DNA of 62,926 bases, filler included, from Reclinomonas americana ATCC 50394 (GCA_048213135.1; 18 parts of 18 records of this genome joined end to end with filler, not necessarily neighbours in it), one strand, 5' to 3'. Counted from the whole stretch's first letter, positions 1 to 12,980 are shown. The notes: generated by a model from the letters alone, not told the origin. Made by a program: numbers and translations.

Positions 1-2405
1 CATCCTCCCCGTCGTCCTCATCACTGCCATCTTCCTCATCATCTTCCTCTCCCTCTTCGTCGTCTGACTCGGGGGCAGCAGGGGCGGCAGGAGCAGCAGC
101 AGCAGCAGCAGGAGCGTCACTTGCAGGCGCGGCGGCTGCTTCGCCAGCAGGAGCGGCGGCGGCAGTGGTCGTCGTTATCGTGGTGGTGGTCGTGGTTTCA
201 GAGGCTCCCGCTCCGCGTCGTCTCTCTAGGCCCTCACCAATCACCTCGCCTTCGTCGTCTCCCTCTGCAGGTGCCTGTGCGTCCGAAGCTTCGGCGTAAG
301 CCGATTCCTCGAAGGTGCCTTCAGGAGGGAAAGGGGGGAGTCAGTAAAAGGGAAGAGGAGAGGGCGAGGGCAAGGAAGGAGAGGAAGGGGAAGAAAGGGA
401 AACGGGAGAGGAACGGGAAGAGAGGGAAACGGGAGAGGGCCGAGGGAAAGCTACCGTAACGAAAAGAAACGAGTGAGTCGCAGAGAACTGCAAAGGAAGG
501 GCGAACGAGAGAGTGTGCGAGCGGGAGGTGACACAGACAGTGAGATAGAGGGAAAGAGAATTGTGAAAGAGAAATAGTGGAAGGGTGAGAGCCAGGAGAG
601 CAGGACAAGAAGAAAATTGCAGCGGTTTCAAGATGCAAGTGAGACTGCGGAGAAAGAGCGAAGGAGGGAGTGTGAGAGTGACAAAGACGGGAAGAGAAAG
701 GCAGGAGAACAGAAAATCAGAGATGTGGAGAGTGCGAGTGAGACAGAGAAGGCGGGAGGAAAAGCAATGAGTTTGTGCTGAGGAACTGTGAAAAAGAGCG
801 ACTGAAGTGAGGGTGACCTGATGAAAAGAGGACGGGCAGCAGGGACAGAAATGGGAGATGAGACGAAAGAACACAAAGACAGAGGTTTTGAGAATGCAAG
901 TGACGAAAGAGAAGGTGGAAACAAAACCATGAGCTTGGAGCAGCGAACTGCGAAAGAAGAGCGAATGAAGTAGAAAGAAAGGGGGTATTCTGAATGGATG
1001 GGTGGCAGAGAGAGAGAGAGAGTGTGTGTGGAGGTGAGGGCGGCTGGGCGATAGGAGAATGCAAGTGACGAAAGAGAAGGTGGAAACAAAAACCATGAGC
1101 TTGGTGCAGCGAACTACGAAAGAAGAGCGAATGAAGTAGAAAGTAAGGAGGTATTCTGAATGGATGGGCGGCAGAGAGAGAGAGAGAGGAGAACACTCAT
1201 CGGTCTGTCCCCGGCTACCACTACGCACTCTCATCACCCTCCGGCGCATCCATCAGCTGCAAAGCGCTGAGAACCTCCATCAACTGCTCATCTACCTCCT
1301 CCGGCGCAATACGATGCACACGCGTCGGCTCAAACCCCGGTGGCGTGAACTTGGAGCCCAACTCCCACAGTGCATCACCGTACACATGCACGACACGATA
1401 GCCGACACCACGCATGCGCTGCTTCACTTCTGCGTCCTTGCTGCTCCACAGAATACCGTAAGCGCCTCACCTTGCAAATAAGTCACCTGGTTCACACAAC
1501 ACACCTGGAGCACGCAGCCACGGCCACACACACCGCATACGGATTGCCGACACACAAAATCGCCGCCGAGTCATTCGCCTTGTACGACGGCAATGCTGAG
1601 CCCGGAATCGCCACGCCCGGAAGCATCACATCAGCTCCACGAAAGATAAACTATGCACGCTCATGCACGTAAGACTGAGAATGTGTGGGGGAGAGAGAGA
1701 GATATCGAAGGTGTTCTTCTTCTTCCTCTTCTTCTTCCGGTTGCTCTTCTCTTCCTCTGCTTGTCCTTCTTCTACTACTTCTTCCTCCTCTTCCTCCTCC
1801 TCCTTCCTCTTCAGGAAAAGAGCGCCAACCTGCGATACGGGTGCATGTACGGGAATGATGGCCTTGGCCAATGCCGGACACTTCCACAGTGCATACAGTG
1901 AGGGAATCACTGGATCGCGCTCGTCTCCGTGGAAGAACAGTGGCTCGCCGTTCACCGCATAAACAATCGCGCGCGTACCCGCAATCTTATGAGTGTGAGA
2001 GTGTGAGTGTGAGAGTGGGAAGAGCTCGACATGTCTGCGCCACGCTCACCTTCCACGTGGCAATCGGTTCTTTGCCTGGCAACATGGCGTCGAGCACCTC
2101 GTCGACATTGACACCAGTGCCAGAGAGAGTTGCCTCCAACTATGTGTGCGTGGCAGAGAGTGAGAGGATGTGCGTTCATGACTTTTGCGTGGCGAGGTGT
2201 GAACGCAGCGCACCTTGCTCTTGAACTTTTTGCGATCCGATTGCTTCAGCTGGCCTTGTGAGTACTGTGCAGAGAGAGAGGGAGAGAGAGGGAGGGAAGG
2301 AGAGACAGTTGGTCAGCATGACGCAATCGTTCACTTCAGAGAGGAAGAGAGAATGAAGGAGAGGGAGAAGTGCATGCATACCCGCAGTGGTCCCTTCTTG
2401 AACAT
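1..2405 (-). CDS. EIF2D: Translation initiation/recycling factor eIF2D (ligatin)-like, 5' part; runs off the window start; at least 7 exons
   Basis: Spliced exons (2405-2382, 2264-2214, 2139-2050, 1985-1830, 1650-~1505, ~1442-1229, ~318-1) give MFKKGPLRYSQGQLKQSDRKKFKSK...NGEPLFF...IPSLYALWKCPAL...GADVMLPGV...GNPYAVCVAVAACSS...VHVYGDALW. This matches the eIF2D/MCT-1 DUF1947+PUA pattern. The acidic Ala-rich extension after PUA favours eIF2D over MCTS1. Confidence 0.85.
891..1190. repeat. Direct duplication (~130-165 bp, 2 copies) in an eIF2D intron
   Basis: GAATGCAAGTGACGAAAGAGAAGGTGGAAACAAAA...GTATTCTGAATGGATGGG occurs at ~891 and ~1056. Confidence 0.9.
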
Positions 2406-2767
2406 GGCGACGAGCACAGGTTGCACACACAGCGCAGCGCGCTCTCGGCGAGAGTCTATTTGCAGGTTGAAATTGTCCGTCTGGTCCCACACCGCCAGTG
2501 CTCTTGTGTCTGTGTGGAGCTGCATGTAGTGCGTGTGGATCTCTGTTTCTATCGCGTGGACGACCGTGGTGCATTTCGAAACCTGGTGGGCGAAGTTGAC
2601 GTCGACGTCGACGGACAACTCGGAGATTTGTGCGTTTCAACGCGAAACGGCAGAAGCCTTGGGCACCACTGGAGTGTGCACAATGTGTGCATTCGTATAT
2701 AGGTAGGCTCCTGGCCCTTGAACCCTGTACAAGTGTCAATTCATTCGAAATCGGAATTTTGCAGCTT

Positions 2768-2998
2768 CAGCAATTCGTTCATCAGCAACTGCAAGCAGCA
2801 GCTGTCACGACGATTGCAATTCAAAGTACATCCAACAGCAACAACAACTTTCCTAATCCAAACAGCTACATAGCTGCATGATGATCACCATCTTGAGTGA
2901 GCGCCAGAAACTCAGACATCACGGAAGAACGAGAAAAGGTCGAGCATGCGGCGTTTCTGCAAGAGAAATCACGGCTCGTGACAAGCATGGATTTGGCT
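2768..2998 (+). mobile_element. Dispersed non-coding element, composite copy (diverged module B followed by module A)
   Basis: 2832-2998 aligns with 54705-54850 (+) and 57220-57350 (-). 2768-2850 aligns more loosely with 14868-14977 (+) and 53853-53960 (-). Mobility is inferred from dispersal only. Confidence 0.65.
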
Positions 2999-3463
2999 AG
3001 TCGCTTAACCTGCAGGCGCCAATCATGACGGACGGGTAGCTAGCTTCGCAATCGTGCTTGTCATTTCGGATTCGAATTCGCGACGGCTATCGATTTCGCT
3101 GCCCGTCCCAAGGCAAATCTGCAGCTGTGCAGTTATAGGCTGGGTCGGCCATAGGCTGCAATGCTGCGCACTACATAGCACTCTGGGCAGTGCTTTCTGC
3201 AGCGGCGCAATCGCGATCGGTCTCGCTCGGTATCGCAACTGCAAGACGCACAAGTGCACTCGCTTTCCATCGCCGTCGGATCGGAAGAGGTCAGCAGCAG
3301 GCGACACAGGAAAGCAGGGTCCTGACCCACGGAGACGCACTGTGGCTGCCGTGCCGACCAATTGATTGCTTTGTCCGCAATTGTCCCAATCGACAACTGG
3401 TTATTAATTTTATCGTTTTTTTCTACGTTTTTCTTTTCATTATTGCACGCACAAAGAGGAGGC

Positions 3464-5241
3464 ATGTCCGCAGGCGTTCTTTCGCCTTCTTCCGAAGTGT
3501 GCAAGCGCGTCCGTCATCACCACTCGCACGACGTGGCGGAACCGGACGACAGCTGTGAGGTCGAAGAAATTCGGGACGATGAGCAGGTGAAAACCAAGGC
3601 GAAGAGGAAGAAGAAGCGACGCACGCCCGGCGTGTCAATAAGTTGAGTGTTGCTGTTGTGGTTGTTGTTGTTGTCACACTCTCTGTGACACACAACGGAG
3701 GCTCACTCTTTCACTGTGAAGGTGTGGACGACGCAGCGAGCATCCTCCGACGCGCGGGTGTGCTCCCAGCGCGATCAAGTGGCACCGACACACCATGGGC
3801 GCCACGCGACAACGCCCTGCGAGCAGGCGTTTCGCTGCAGCAGGCCAAGGCCATGCTCATGGGCGTGCAGGACATGCCAGTGTCGGCCGTCACCTCACCT
3901 CCTCCCGTGCTCTCGCCCAACCGCTTTGGCGCGACGCCATCGCCGGCGGATCGCTCGTACAATCCACCGGCGGGCGAGGCACCGACAGAGGAGGACCGGC
4001 AGCGATGGAAGCGACGAGTGCGCGTCGAGGGCGATGAGCATGTGTACCCGCACGTGCGGGTGTTGCACTCGCCGACAGTGGAGGCGCTGCCGGGCGATCT
4101 TTTGTCGCCCTCGGAGTCGTGGTCGGTGACGGCTGCGGGACTGGCGATGGGCGGCAGTGTACAGGAGGGCGCGGCGACTGCGGCGGTCGTGCATGCGGTG
4201 GCGGAGAAGCGCGGAGGCGACTTGTCTCCGCTGGCGCAGGAGGAGCGGCAGATTGCCGAGGACCGAGGGGCGCAGTTGCGCACGAAAAAGGCGATTGCGT
4301 ACCTGCGGCGGCTGCAGTTTGGCGAGGCCAACCCGCGTGAGGACGAGCGGCGATCGTCGCTCGTGTCGTTTGTGCGCGATGCGGAAGACAGGTTTGCTTG
4401 CCTCTCCTCTCACTTTCTCTCTTCCCTTTCACCCCGCGTGCTCACCCACCCCACTCGCAGAACGGTGCTGAATCCACGCGCCCTCGTACCACCCTTCCTG
4501 CCGAGCATGTACGCGACGCCGGGCCGGTTAATGACGCCGACCATTTGCAACACTGCGCGGCGGCACATGCAGATGCAGATGGAGCAGCAGCGACGTGCGG
4601 CCAATGCGCGCACACTGCCGGCCATTCTCCAACAGCGGCCCTCCGACAATAGCAACGGTGGCGGTGGTGGCGGCAGAAGCGCCATGACCAGTCCCACCTC
4701 CATGTCGCGCCTGGGACCACTGGCCGCGCTGGCGGCCTCATCGGCGCTGGCCGCCACCTCGGCCATGATGCCCGACACGGCGGCCGGTGCCGAGCTGGCC
4801 AGGTTAGCGCAGAGCCTGCAGGCGCGCCAGATGCAGGTGGAGATGCACCTGCGCATGGCGCAGGAGGCGCAGCGGGAGATGGCGCTGATCAAGGCGCCGC
4901 CACCGATTCCCGTCGACCTCAACGCCCTCGCCAAGAGGTTACAGACGAGCATTCAGACGCGCTCGCGCATCGACGAGATCCGGCAGGCGACGCGCGATAT
5001 GGTGGCGCTGCAGCATCAGGATGTCACACCGACGCCGGCCGCCATTCTGCGTGCCCTCAACCACGACATGGTGGGCGGGGGTGGCATGCAGTCGCGCGGC
5101 GGTGGTGGTGGCGGAAGTGGCGGAATGCCCGGCTCGTTCTTGCCCTCCGCCTCGGGCATGATCAAGGCCGCCAAGCGCGCTGGCAACCGCCCGCCGCACG
5201 CACCACGGACGGCTGGTACTGCGGGTTACCGGCAATGTTGA
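3464..5241 (+). CDS. Hypothetical low-complexity protein (Ala/Pro/Gln-rich, basic KRKKKRR stretch); 3 exons
   Basis: ATG 3464; intron 3642-3721 (GTTGAG...AAG, phase 1) joins into the long GC-rich ORF; probable in-frame intron 4392-4460; TGA at 5239-5241. No family recognised. Confidence 0.7.
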
Positions 5242-5740
5242 TGGACGTAAAGATAGATTGATAAAGAATGAGGAGGAGAGAGGGAGAGAGATAGGTAGAT
5301 AACTTGTACGTGTATGGCGCAAGTGACTGGTAATAACACATCATGTAAACGACCACCTTTTAAAAAAGGGAAGGGAGAGGGAAAGGAGAAGGGGGAAGGG
5401 GGAAGGGGGAAGGGGGAAGGGGGAAGGGGAAAGGACAAGTACAATTTTCTGACTCTCGGTGTGAGATAATATAAGAGGCACAGCAGCAAGAACTGGGAGG
5501 CCGAGGGGAGGAAAGGTCTAGCTCAGCTGTTCAGTGCACCCTCTGCAAGCAGACTGCTGTTGTCTACGTACAACAGGTAACGTGCTGCACATGCTGGAAC
5601 AGAAAACGAAGATATACACCACTATACTGCCACTGGAGAGTGTCTGGCAGCAGTGCGACGTGCAGCATTGTGGCGTATATATGACGAAAACTGAACAAGA
5701 GCAGACACACCGAGTATAGAGAAGGATTGCCCACTCTGAG

Positions 5741-6260
5741 AAGCGTCACACTGCTGTTTCCACAAGCGAGTCAAGAAGATGTGCAGCTACTCGCTGCACC
5801 AGTCATGAGAACAACAGATCACAAGATGTCTTGGAGACAACACACCGAGTAGCGTCACACTGCTGTTTCCACAAGCGAGTCAAGTAGATGTGCAGCCACT
5901 CACTGCACGAGTCTTGAGAACAACAGATCACAAGATGCCTTACACCGAGTAGCGTCACACTGCTGTTTCCACAAGCGAGTCAAGAAGATGTGCAGCTACT
6001 CGCTGCACCAGCCTCGAGAACAACAGATCACAAGATGCCTTGGAGACAACACACCGAGAAGCATCACCCAGCTGTGTCTCCAGGCAAGTCAAGAAGATGT
6101 GCAGCTACTCGCTGCACCAGCCTTGAGAACAACAGCGGCATCTGCAAACACCACATCGCGTGAAGAGAATGCTCTACGAAGCACTACTCAGCTGTGCACT
6201 CGCTGCATGACTCGTAACCTAACGGCATCTGCAAACAGCACATCGCGTGAAGAAAGAACT
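5741..6260. repeat. Tandem repeat, ~100-110 bp x ~4 with a degenerate tail, between convergent genes
   Basis: AGCGTCACACTGCTGTTTCCACAAGCGAGTCAAGAAGATGTGCAGCTACTCGCTGCAC...GAGAACAACAG recurs at ~5742, 5851, 5951 and 6060. Confidence 0.9.
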
Positions 6261-6475
6261 GCTCGCTCTGTGACGCTGTTTCCCCGAGCACGCCACAAAG
6301 AGCCACGCATGCTCTGAGCTGCACCCACGAACAGTACACACTCTCCTACCCCTCGCAGAAAAGCAGTCCCCTCTCCTGCCTCTCATAAACAACCACCTCC
6401 ATTCACACAATACAAAAAACTCTCTCGGAAATATATGGCGCACGCTTGTGCACCAGTCTCTCTCTCTCGCTGCTC

Positions 6476-6944
6476 TCACTTCTCAAACGGATCCCGCGGC
6501 AGCACGGCCAAGTTGAACGCCTCCTGGCCCGTCATCTCGTAAATCTCCGAAAACGCTTGCCGCTTCGTCAGCGTCACGCCCTTCATCTTTTGGTAGCGGA
6601 CCAGCATGTTGGCGACCTCGCACACCGTCCAGAACAGCTTCGAGAACACGGGCGAGTCATCCAACAGATCCAACCAGTCGGTGCAGAACTGCACTCTCCA
6701 GTTGCCGCACGGACGCGCCCCTGTTCCCGCCGCTCCAGCTGCGGCCGACGCTGCGCCGCCAGTGGATGATGACGACGAAGAGGAAGAGTGCATCGCTTCT
6801 TCTCGGTATGGCATGAAGATGCGCGTGAGGATGCAGGCTGCCGGAGGGGGGAGATTGGAGGGAAAGGAGTGAGTGGGACAGGAAGAGAAGAGAGAGAGAA
6901 GAGCAAAGAGAGAGAAGAGCAGAGGATCGTCTCGCATCTGTCTC

Positions 6945-6999
<55 letters not shown>

Positions 7000-7179
7000 C
7001 TGTCTCTCCCTCTCTTACTCTTTCTGTCTCGCATCTGTCTCTCTCTGTCTCTCAGTCTCTCACCCTTGACCATGTTGGTAATGTCCTCTTCCCACATCTC
7101 GATAGTGGCCGCCTCCTGGATCAGAATGTTGCGGCGGGCGGTTGGGTCGCTGCCGGCGTGTCGGATCTCCTCAAGAACC
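6476..7179 (-). CDS. Hypothetical protein, last two exons (5' end lost in gap)
   Basis: VLEEIRHAGSDPTARRNILIQEAATIEMWEEDITNMVK joins across intron 7063-6838 (GTGAGA...CAG) to ACILTRIFMPY...WRVQFCTDWLDLLDDSPVFSKLFW...PRDPFEK*. Confidence 0.7.
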
Positions 7180-7893
7180 TGGTGGGAGATGAGGAGAATG
7201 AGGGAGAAGGAGAAGGGAGAGGGGGAAGAGAAGGGGGGAGAGAAGAGGGAAGAAAGAGAGAGAGAGACGGGGAGAGAAGGGGGGNNNNNNNNNNNNNNNN
7301 NNNNNNNNNNNNNNNNNNNNNNNNNNNNTTAATTAATTAANNNNNNNNNNNNNNNNNNNNNNNNNNNNNNNNNNNNNNNNNNNNCTCTTCTCTTCTCTTC
7401 TATCAGAGGGAGAGAGAGAGGGGAGTGAGAGTAGAGGAGTGAGTCGGAGAGTTTTTACCACTTTCTCTGACTCTCAATGTTCCAGTCTCTTCCCTCTGTC
7501 TGTTCGTCTTCTCTCTTCTCTCTCTCTTCTCTTTTCTTTAGAGGGAGAGAAAGAGAGAGGCGGAAACAGAGCAGGCGACAGAGGAGAGAGAATGAGATGG
7601 AGAGCTTTTACTCGTTCTCTTTGTTTCTCGTTGTTTCAGTCTCTCTGCATCTTCTCTTTTCTCCCGAGGGAGAAAGAGGGAGGCGGAAACAGAGCTGGCG
7701 ACAGAGGAGAGAGAATGAGCGGAGAGTTTTTACCGTTTCTCTCTCGCAGTGTCAGTCTCTCTCTTTATCGCTCATCTCATTTCTCCCGAGGGAGAGGAAG
7801 AGAACAGGCGACAGAAGAGGAGAGAGAATGAGTGTGAGAGAGAGAGGAAGAATCAGATGGAGAGCTTACTCCCTTTCCCTCTCTATCTCTCAG

Positions 7894-8914
7894 GTTCTTG
7901 CGACTCGACGGCCAAGCTGTGGGACATCAACAATGGCCGCTGCGTCAAGACCTTCAAGAACCCGCACCCGACACCCGAGGGTCTCGATGTCAACAGCATT
8001 CAGTACTTCCCGAATGGCACCTCGTTTGGCACGGGCGACGATCATGGCGTGTGCCGCATGTGGGACGTGCGTGCCGATGGGCCGTTGATGGAGTACTCGT
8101 TGCAGGATGAGCGTGGTGGAGTGACGTCGGTGAGTGGGGGTTGAGAGGGGCAGAGGGAGAGTGTGAGAGTGGGAGAGAGAGAAGAGAGAAATGAGGAATG
8201 TGACGCACGTGCGCGCGCGGTCAGTCTGCGAGGTGTGTGAGGAGAGAAGAAGAAGAAAAAAGATCGAGAGAGAGACGGCGGCGCTCGTGACTTGAAAGGA
8301 TTTCAGTGCGCTTTGCTGACTTGCTTTCGTTTTTGCCTTCTGCAGATTGCCTTCACCAAGAGTGGTCGTGTGCTGTTCGCCGGCTACGACGACCACCCAG
8401 CTGTGGCGTGGGACGTGCTGCAGGGAACTATTTTGCAGGTTAGAACTCGCCTCGAGGCATACAGTGATTGCTGTTGCTCATGTATGCGCTCGTGCTTGCG
8501 CAGGTGCTTGACGGTCACGACAACCGCGTGTCGTGCCTGCAAACGTCGTCCGATGGGCAGGCGCTGGCCACTGGTGCGTTTTGGTCTCCTACTGTGTGAG
8601 AGAGAGAGAGAGGGAGAACGGGAGAGAGAAAGAAACTCTCGCTTCCACACTCGGTCATTCTTTCTCTCTCTCTCTCTCTCCCGCACGCTCTGTTCGTCTC
8701 TCTCCTTCTCTTCTTCTCACTCTTTGCCTTCTTCCTCACTTCCTTGGTCCCTGATTTCCCTGTCACACTCTGCTGCTGACTTTCTCTCTCTCTCTCTGGT
8801 TCTCCGAGGCACTCATTCTCCCCGTTTCCTCATGTTCTTGCCTCTGTCTTTCTCTTCCACTCATTCATCCACACACCCGTACTCCTGTCCCCGTGTATCC
8901 TCTGCTCGTCTCTC

Positions 8915-8946
<32 letters not shown>

Positions 8947-9140
8947 CCTCTCGTGTTCTCCGAAACACACGCATTCTGTCCCCGTTTTCCTAATGCTCTT
9001 GCCTCTCGCGCACTTCTGTCCCCGTGTATCCTCTACTCGTCTCTGGTTCTCTCTCTCTTGTGCAAGGAGACTGCCACAATCATGCACTGACACAAGCAAA
9101 TGCAGGCTCGTGGGACAACACGGTCAAGATCTGGGCGTAA
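7894..9140 (+). CDS. GNB: Heterotrimeric G-protein beta subunit, C-terminal 4 exons (5' end in gap)
   Basis: GSCDSTAKLWD...CRMWDVRAD...IAFTKSGRVLFAGYDD...[33 protein letters not shown], which are WD40 motifs diagnostic of G-beta; GT-AG introns in phase. Confidence 0.95.
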
Positions 9141-10839
9141 AAGGAGCCATGTTTTGATATCTGTGTGTGTGTGTGTTTGAGTGTGTGAGAGAGAGTGTGT
9201 ATGGTGACATGCTCTCGTTGTTTCGATGTGTGAGTGAATGATGTTGATCACATGAGTGGACATTTCCATCGCCGCGAGCGCAATTGGCCCCCACATCAAT
9301 CACTTTGTCGCCGGCAGCGCAGGTACACATCCACACCCACACACCCACACAGCGTGTACCCTAGTGTAAGCAGGCAAGCAGGAAGCAAGCACACACATGC
9401 GCACACGAAACCGCCTCGCGCACGCGGGCGTGTGAGGGGCGGTGTCGCGCATTTGCATGTGCGCGACATGCACGACCACTGCCCCTGCGCGCGCACACTC
9501 ACAGAGGGAGAGCACTCACAGTACACACAGCACAGCAGAGCAGAGCACACGATTCACATTCATCCGTGTCATGATTGAGTGTGTGTGTGTGCGCGNNNNN
9601 NNNNNNNNNNNNNNNNNNNNNNNNNNNNNNNNNNNNNNNTTAATTAATTAANNNNNNNNNNNNNNNNNNNNNNNNNNNNNNNNNNNNNNNNNNNNGATTG
9701 TGCATTGATCAACTCATTCACCTCTCTCTCTCTCTCACTTTTCTGCCTTATGGAGCCCTTCCACCTTCTCCCTCCATCTGTTTGTCAGTGAACTCAGAGA
9801 GCCTTGGATCGCAAGCCGTCAGTTCTCGTGTGTTGTCTCTGATCGCCTTGTTCTCGTGATCCACCTCTCTCTTCTGCTCTCTTCTGCTCTCTCTCTCTCT
9901 CTCCTGCTCTCTCTCTCTCTCTCTCATCTCAGAATGCCCTCGCCTTCAGTGTTGCCTCTCGTGTTGTCTCTGATCGCCTTGGACACTCCTCGCACTTTCT
10001 CCTCCCCTATTCTCTCTTCCTTTCTCTCTCTCACTCGCACTTCCGGTTGCTCTCTATCACTCACTGAGTCACTGTCACAGAGCCCATAAAGAATCCTTGT
10101 CTCGCAAGCCCTTGCTTTGAGTGTTGTCTCTGTTCGCCAAGTTCCCGTGGACCCACTTCTTGCTTCCTCTTCTCCCCCTGTCTCAGAAAGCCCTCGCCTT
10201 CTGTGTTGTCTCGTCTCTTGCCCACCTCACCTGCCGCTTCTCATGTCTGTGCTTGTCAAGCTTGTTCTCATCGTCCCTGATCGCGCTCCTCGTCTTTGAT
10301 CGCTGTTCCTCGCCCTTGTCACCCTCATGCTCGTCGACTCTTTTCTTCCAGCCTGCTCACCTGCTGGTCCTGGCGTTGCAAGTCTTCACGCATCGTCTGC
10401 ATTCTCTGCTCTCCACTTCGTTGGTTGCTTCTTCGCCGCCGATCGCTGCTTCTCGCCCACGTCTCTCTTCCAAAGCATTGTTCAACTCCCTTCTGAATCC
10501 TCTGCGCATTGCCTTCTTGCTAACTGGTCACTGATCTGTCTCCTGGTCGTCATCATTCTCATCGCCCCGTGCCGTCCACTTCATCGCCGCCGATCGCTGC
10601 TCCTCGCCCACGTCTCTCTTCCAAAGCATTGTTCGACTCTCTTCTGAATCCCTCTTCGCATTGACTGCTTGCTCTCTGGTCACTGATGTTTCTCTTGGTC
10701 ATCTTCATTCTCATCGCCTTGTGCTCCCCCGCTGCTTCCGTTGCTAATCGTCTCTCTTCAAGATTCCTCGCTTTTCCCCTTACCCCCTCCCCCCTTCTCC
10801 CCCCTTCCCCCCCTCACCCCCTCCCCCCGCCCTCCGCAG

Positions 10840-11838
10840 AGGACCACCGAATGGTCAGCAACATCGAATACTTTGAACGCGAGGGCGCCACCGCCGCCGA
10901 ACTCCGCAAATGGGAACAACTCAACGCCCCCTACGTCCTCCCCCCCGACTACAAGGCCTTTCTCACCCTCTCCGACGGCCTCCTCCTCAAGTGGTACGTG
11001 CGATTCCGCGGACGTGCCGACACCCCACTCGGCATGATGCACATCAACTCGATCAAGGTGATGATGAAGGAGGAAAGAGAGACTCGCACTCACGCCTTTT
11101 CTCAATCCCTCCTTCCCCCGCTTCCAGAGCATCCGCTCGGTCGAAATCTACGACCGCGTCGACGACGACGCACACGACCCGACCCCGGCCTTCCACGGCC
11201 AAAAGCCGAGCTACCGACCACCATCAACCCTGGCGGCCTTTGACCTCGACAGCCAGTGCTCGAGCGGGCGAGTGGTGCTCATGTATCCGGCGACCGACGC
11301 CCCCGCACAAGTGTGGTTCCAGGACATGGTCGGCACGTGGTACTACATTGCCAACTCGTTCACCGACTACTTTCGCCTCATGGTCATGCACCTCGGCATT
11401 CCCAACTGGCACTACGTGTTCACCGATCACGGCCTCGACAAGGCCACCGAGCAGTGGTTCCGCTTCTTCTCGCCCGACCGCCTGCGCATCGATTTGGAGT
11501 CGATGCGACAGAGGCGGGAGGCGAAAATCGTGGGCACCGGCTCCCACCTGTACGGCGCCTCACCGAGTCTCGCACCGTCGTCGGTGACGGCGGCCGCCGG
11601 CAGTGGCGGAGTGGACCCACTGCGGTTAGACATGGGTCTGCTGAAGCTGAGCGCGGAGCCGGCCACGCCAACGGCCGGTGCCTTCAAGGCTCGTCAGCCG
11701 CAGTCCACGTCGTCGANNNNNNNNNNNNNNNNNNNNNNNNNNNNNNNNNNNNNNNNNNNNTTAATTAATTAANNNNNNNNNNNNNNNNNNNNNNNNNNNN
11801 NNNNNNNNNNNNNNNNGCGACCGAACTCCCGCAAGTAA
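10840..11838 (+). CDS. TPGS2: Tubulin polyglutamylase complex subunit 2 (SMI1/KNR4-like fold), partial; stop position uncertain across gap
   Basis: WEQLNAPYVLPPDYKAFLTLSDGLLLKW...PLGMMHINSIK and AFDLD...GRVVLMY...QVWFQD...WYYIANSFTDYFRLMVMHLGIPNWHYVFTDHGL...EQWF match TPGS2 motifs. Confidence 0.9.
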
Positions 11839-11917
11839 TGTACCAACAACAACAACAACAAATGATTATTGTATTTCGTTTTTCACATCATCATCATCAT
11901 CATTACACATAACAACC

Positions 11918-12980
11918 CTATGAGGGGGAGCCAAAGACGCCGAGGTGGACCAGCAGCAGGCTGAGGAGGGTGCCGGAGAGCGCTCCCATTTGGTTCACCA
12001 GTCCGGCCCACCGTGAGTATTTTCTGAGCAGAGTGGCGCTGCGGACCTCCGATTCGAGGACAAAGTAGCACTGTGGGGGGTGGGTGGGTGAGAAGGGGGA
12101 AGGAGGAGAGGGGGAGAGGGAGAGGGAGAGGGAATAAGGGAAAGAGAAATTGCAAGATACGCAAACATATTCAAGATACACGAACGGAACTCAGAGGAAA
12201 CGTGATAACAAACTCGTTGATGACAAAGAAGCGGTGCGCAAGAGAATGAATGCTGAGCCGCCCACACACAGATCAATTGAGAAACGGCACAGAGTGATGT
12301 CAAACGTCACATCCAAGTAGATCAACACGAGAACCAAGAAAGCAATTAACGCCTGCCCAAGAACTAATCTCATCGCACACATTCACCGCTCTCACAATCT
12401 TCCTCCCTCCTTGACATTCACTGTGATGGGCACACTGGACTGACTTGCATACACGCTGTTGCGCACGCCTGTGTTGGTTGTACCTCATTCATTCTTCTTC
12501 TTCTTCCTGTCTTTCCGCCCTCTCCCTCCCCCCTCTTTCGCTCTCTCTCTCTCTCTCCCTCCCTTCCCCTTTGCCCCCCTTCCCCTCTCCCTTCCCCTAC
12601 AGTACCTTGGTCGTGGTGAACCCACTGACTGCGGAAAACACAATCGTGGCCGGCACAAACACCCACTGCGCCCACGAGAGCACCGACGCCGACCGTAGAC
12701 ACGCGGCCACCACCATTGTAATCGTCAGCGCGCCTTGTATCATGTTTGCCACGGCAATGTTGCTCGACTTGATCACAATCGTGGAGAGCGGACCGACAAT
12801 GTTGCCAATGAGGAACCCGTTGGAGATGTACAGAAGAGCCACACTGTGCGAGGAGAGTTAAGTGCGTGCAACAACGAAAGCAGCTGCTGTCTTCCCAGAA
12901 AGACCTCGTGTCGCTGGTCACCAGGTACGGCTGCGCTCCGGGCGTGATCAAGTACGTCATGAAGCCGCACATAAAGATGC
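11918..12980 (-). CDS. Multi-pass membrane transporter, C-terminal 3 exons; most like SLC52 riboflavin transporters (ENT-like is an alternative)
   Basis: Spliced: IFMCGFMTYLITPGAQPYL...LLYISNGFLIGNIVGPLST...VFSAVSGFTTTKCYF...WAGLVNQMGALSGTLLSLLLVHLGVFGSPS*. The terminal GxxxQxGxxxG helix resembles SLC52. Confidence 0.55.

Noticed and set aside
1460..1540. Apparent in-frame TGA in eIF2D suggesting recoding or selenocysteine
   Set aside because: An alternative GT-AG intron (donor after ...AACS, acceptor before KDAE) removes it and restores the family alignment. All other genes fit the standard code.
7285..7384. Recurrent N44-TTAATTAATTAA-N44 blocks that look like a regularly spaced repeat
   Set aside because: Artificial gap spacers with stops in all six frames. 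Genes such as MTAP, UBA2, MFSD1 and PARP continue in order across them.
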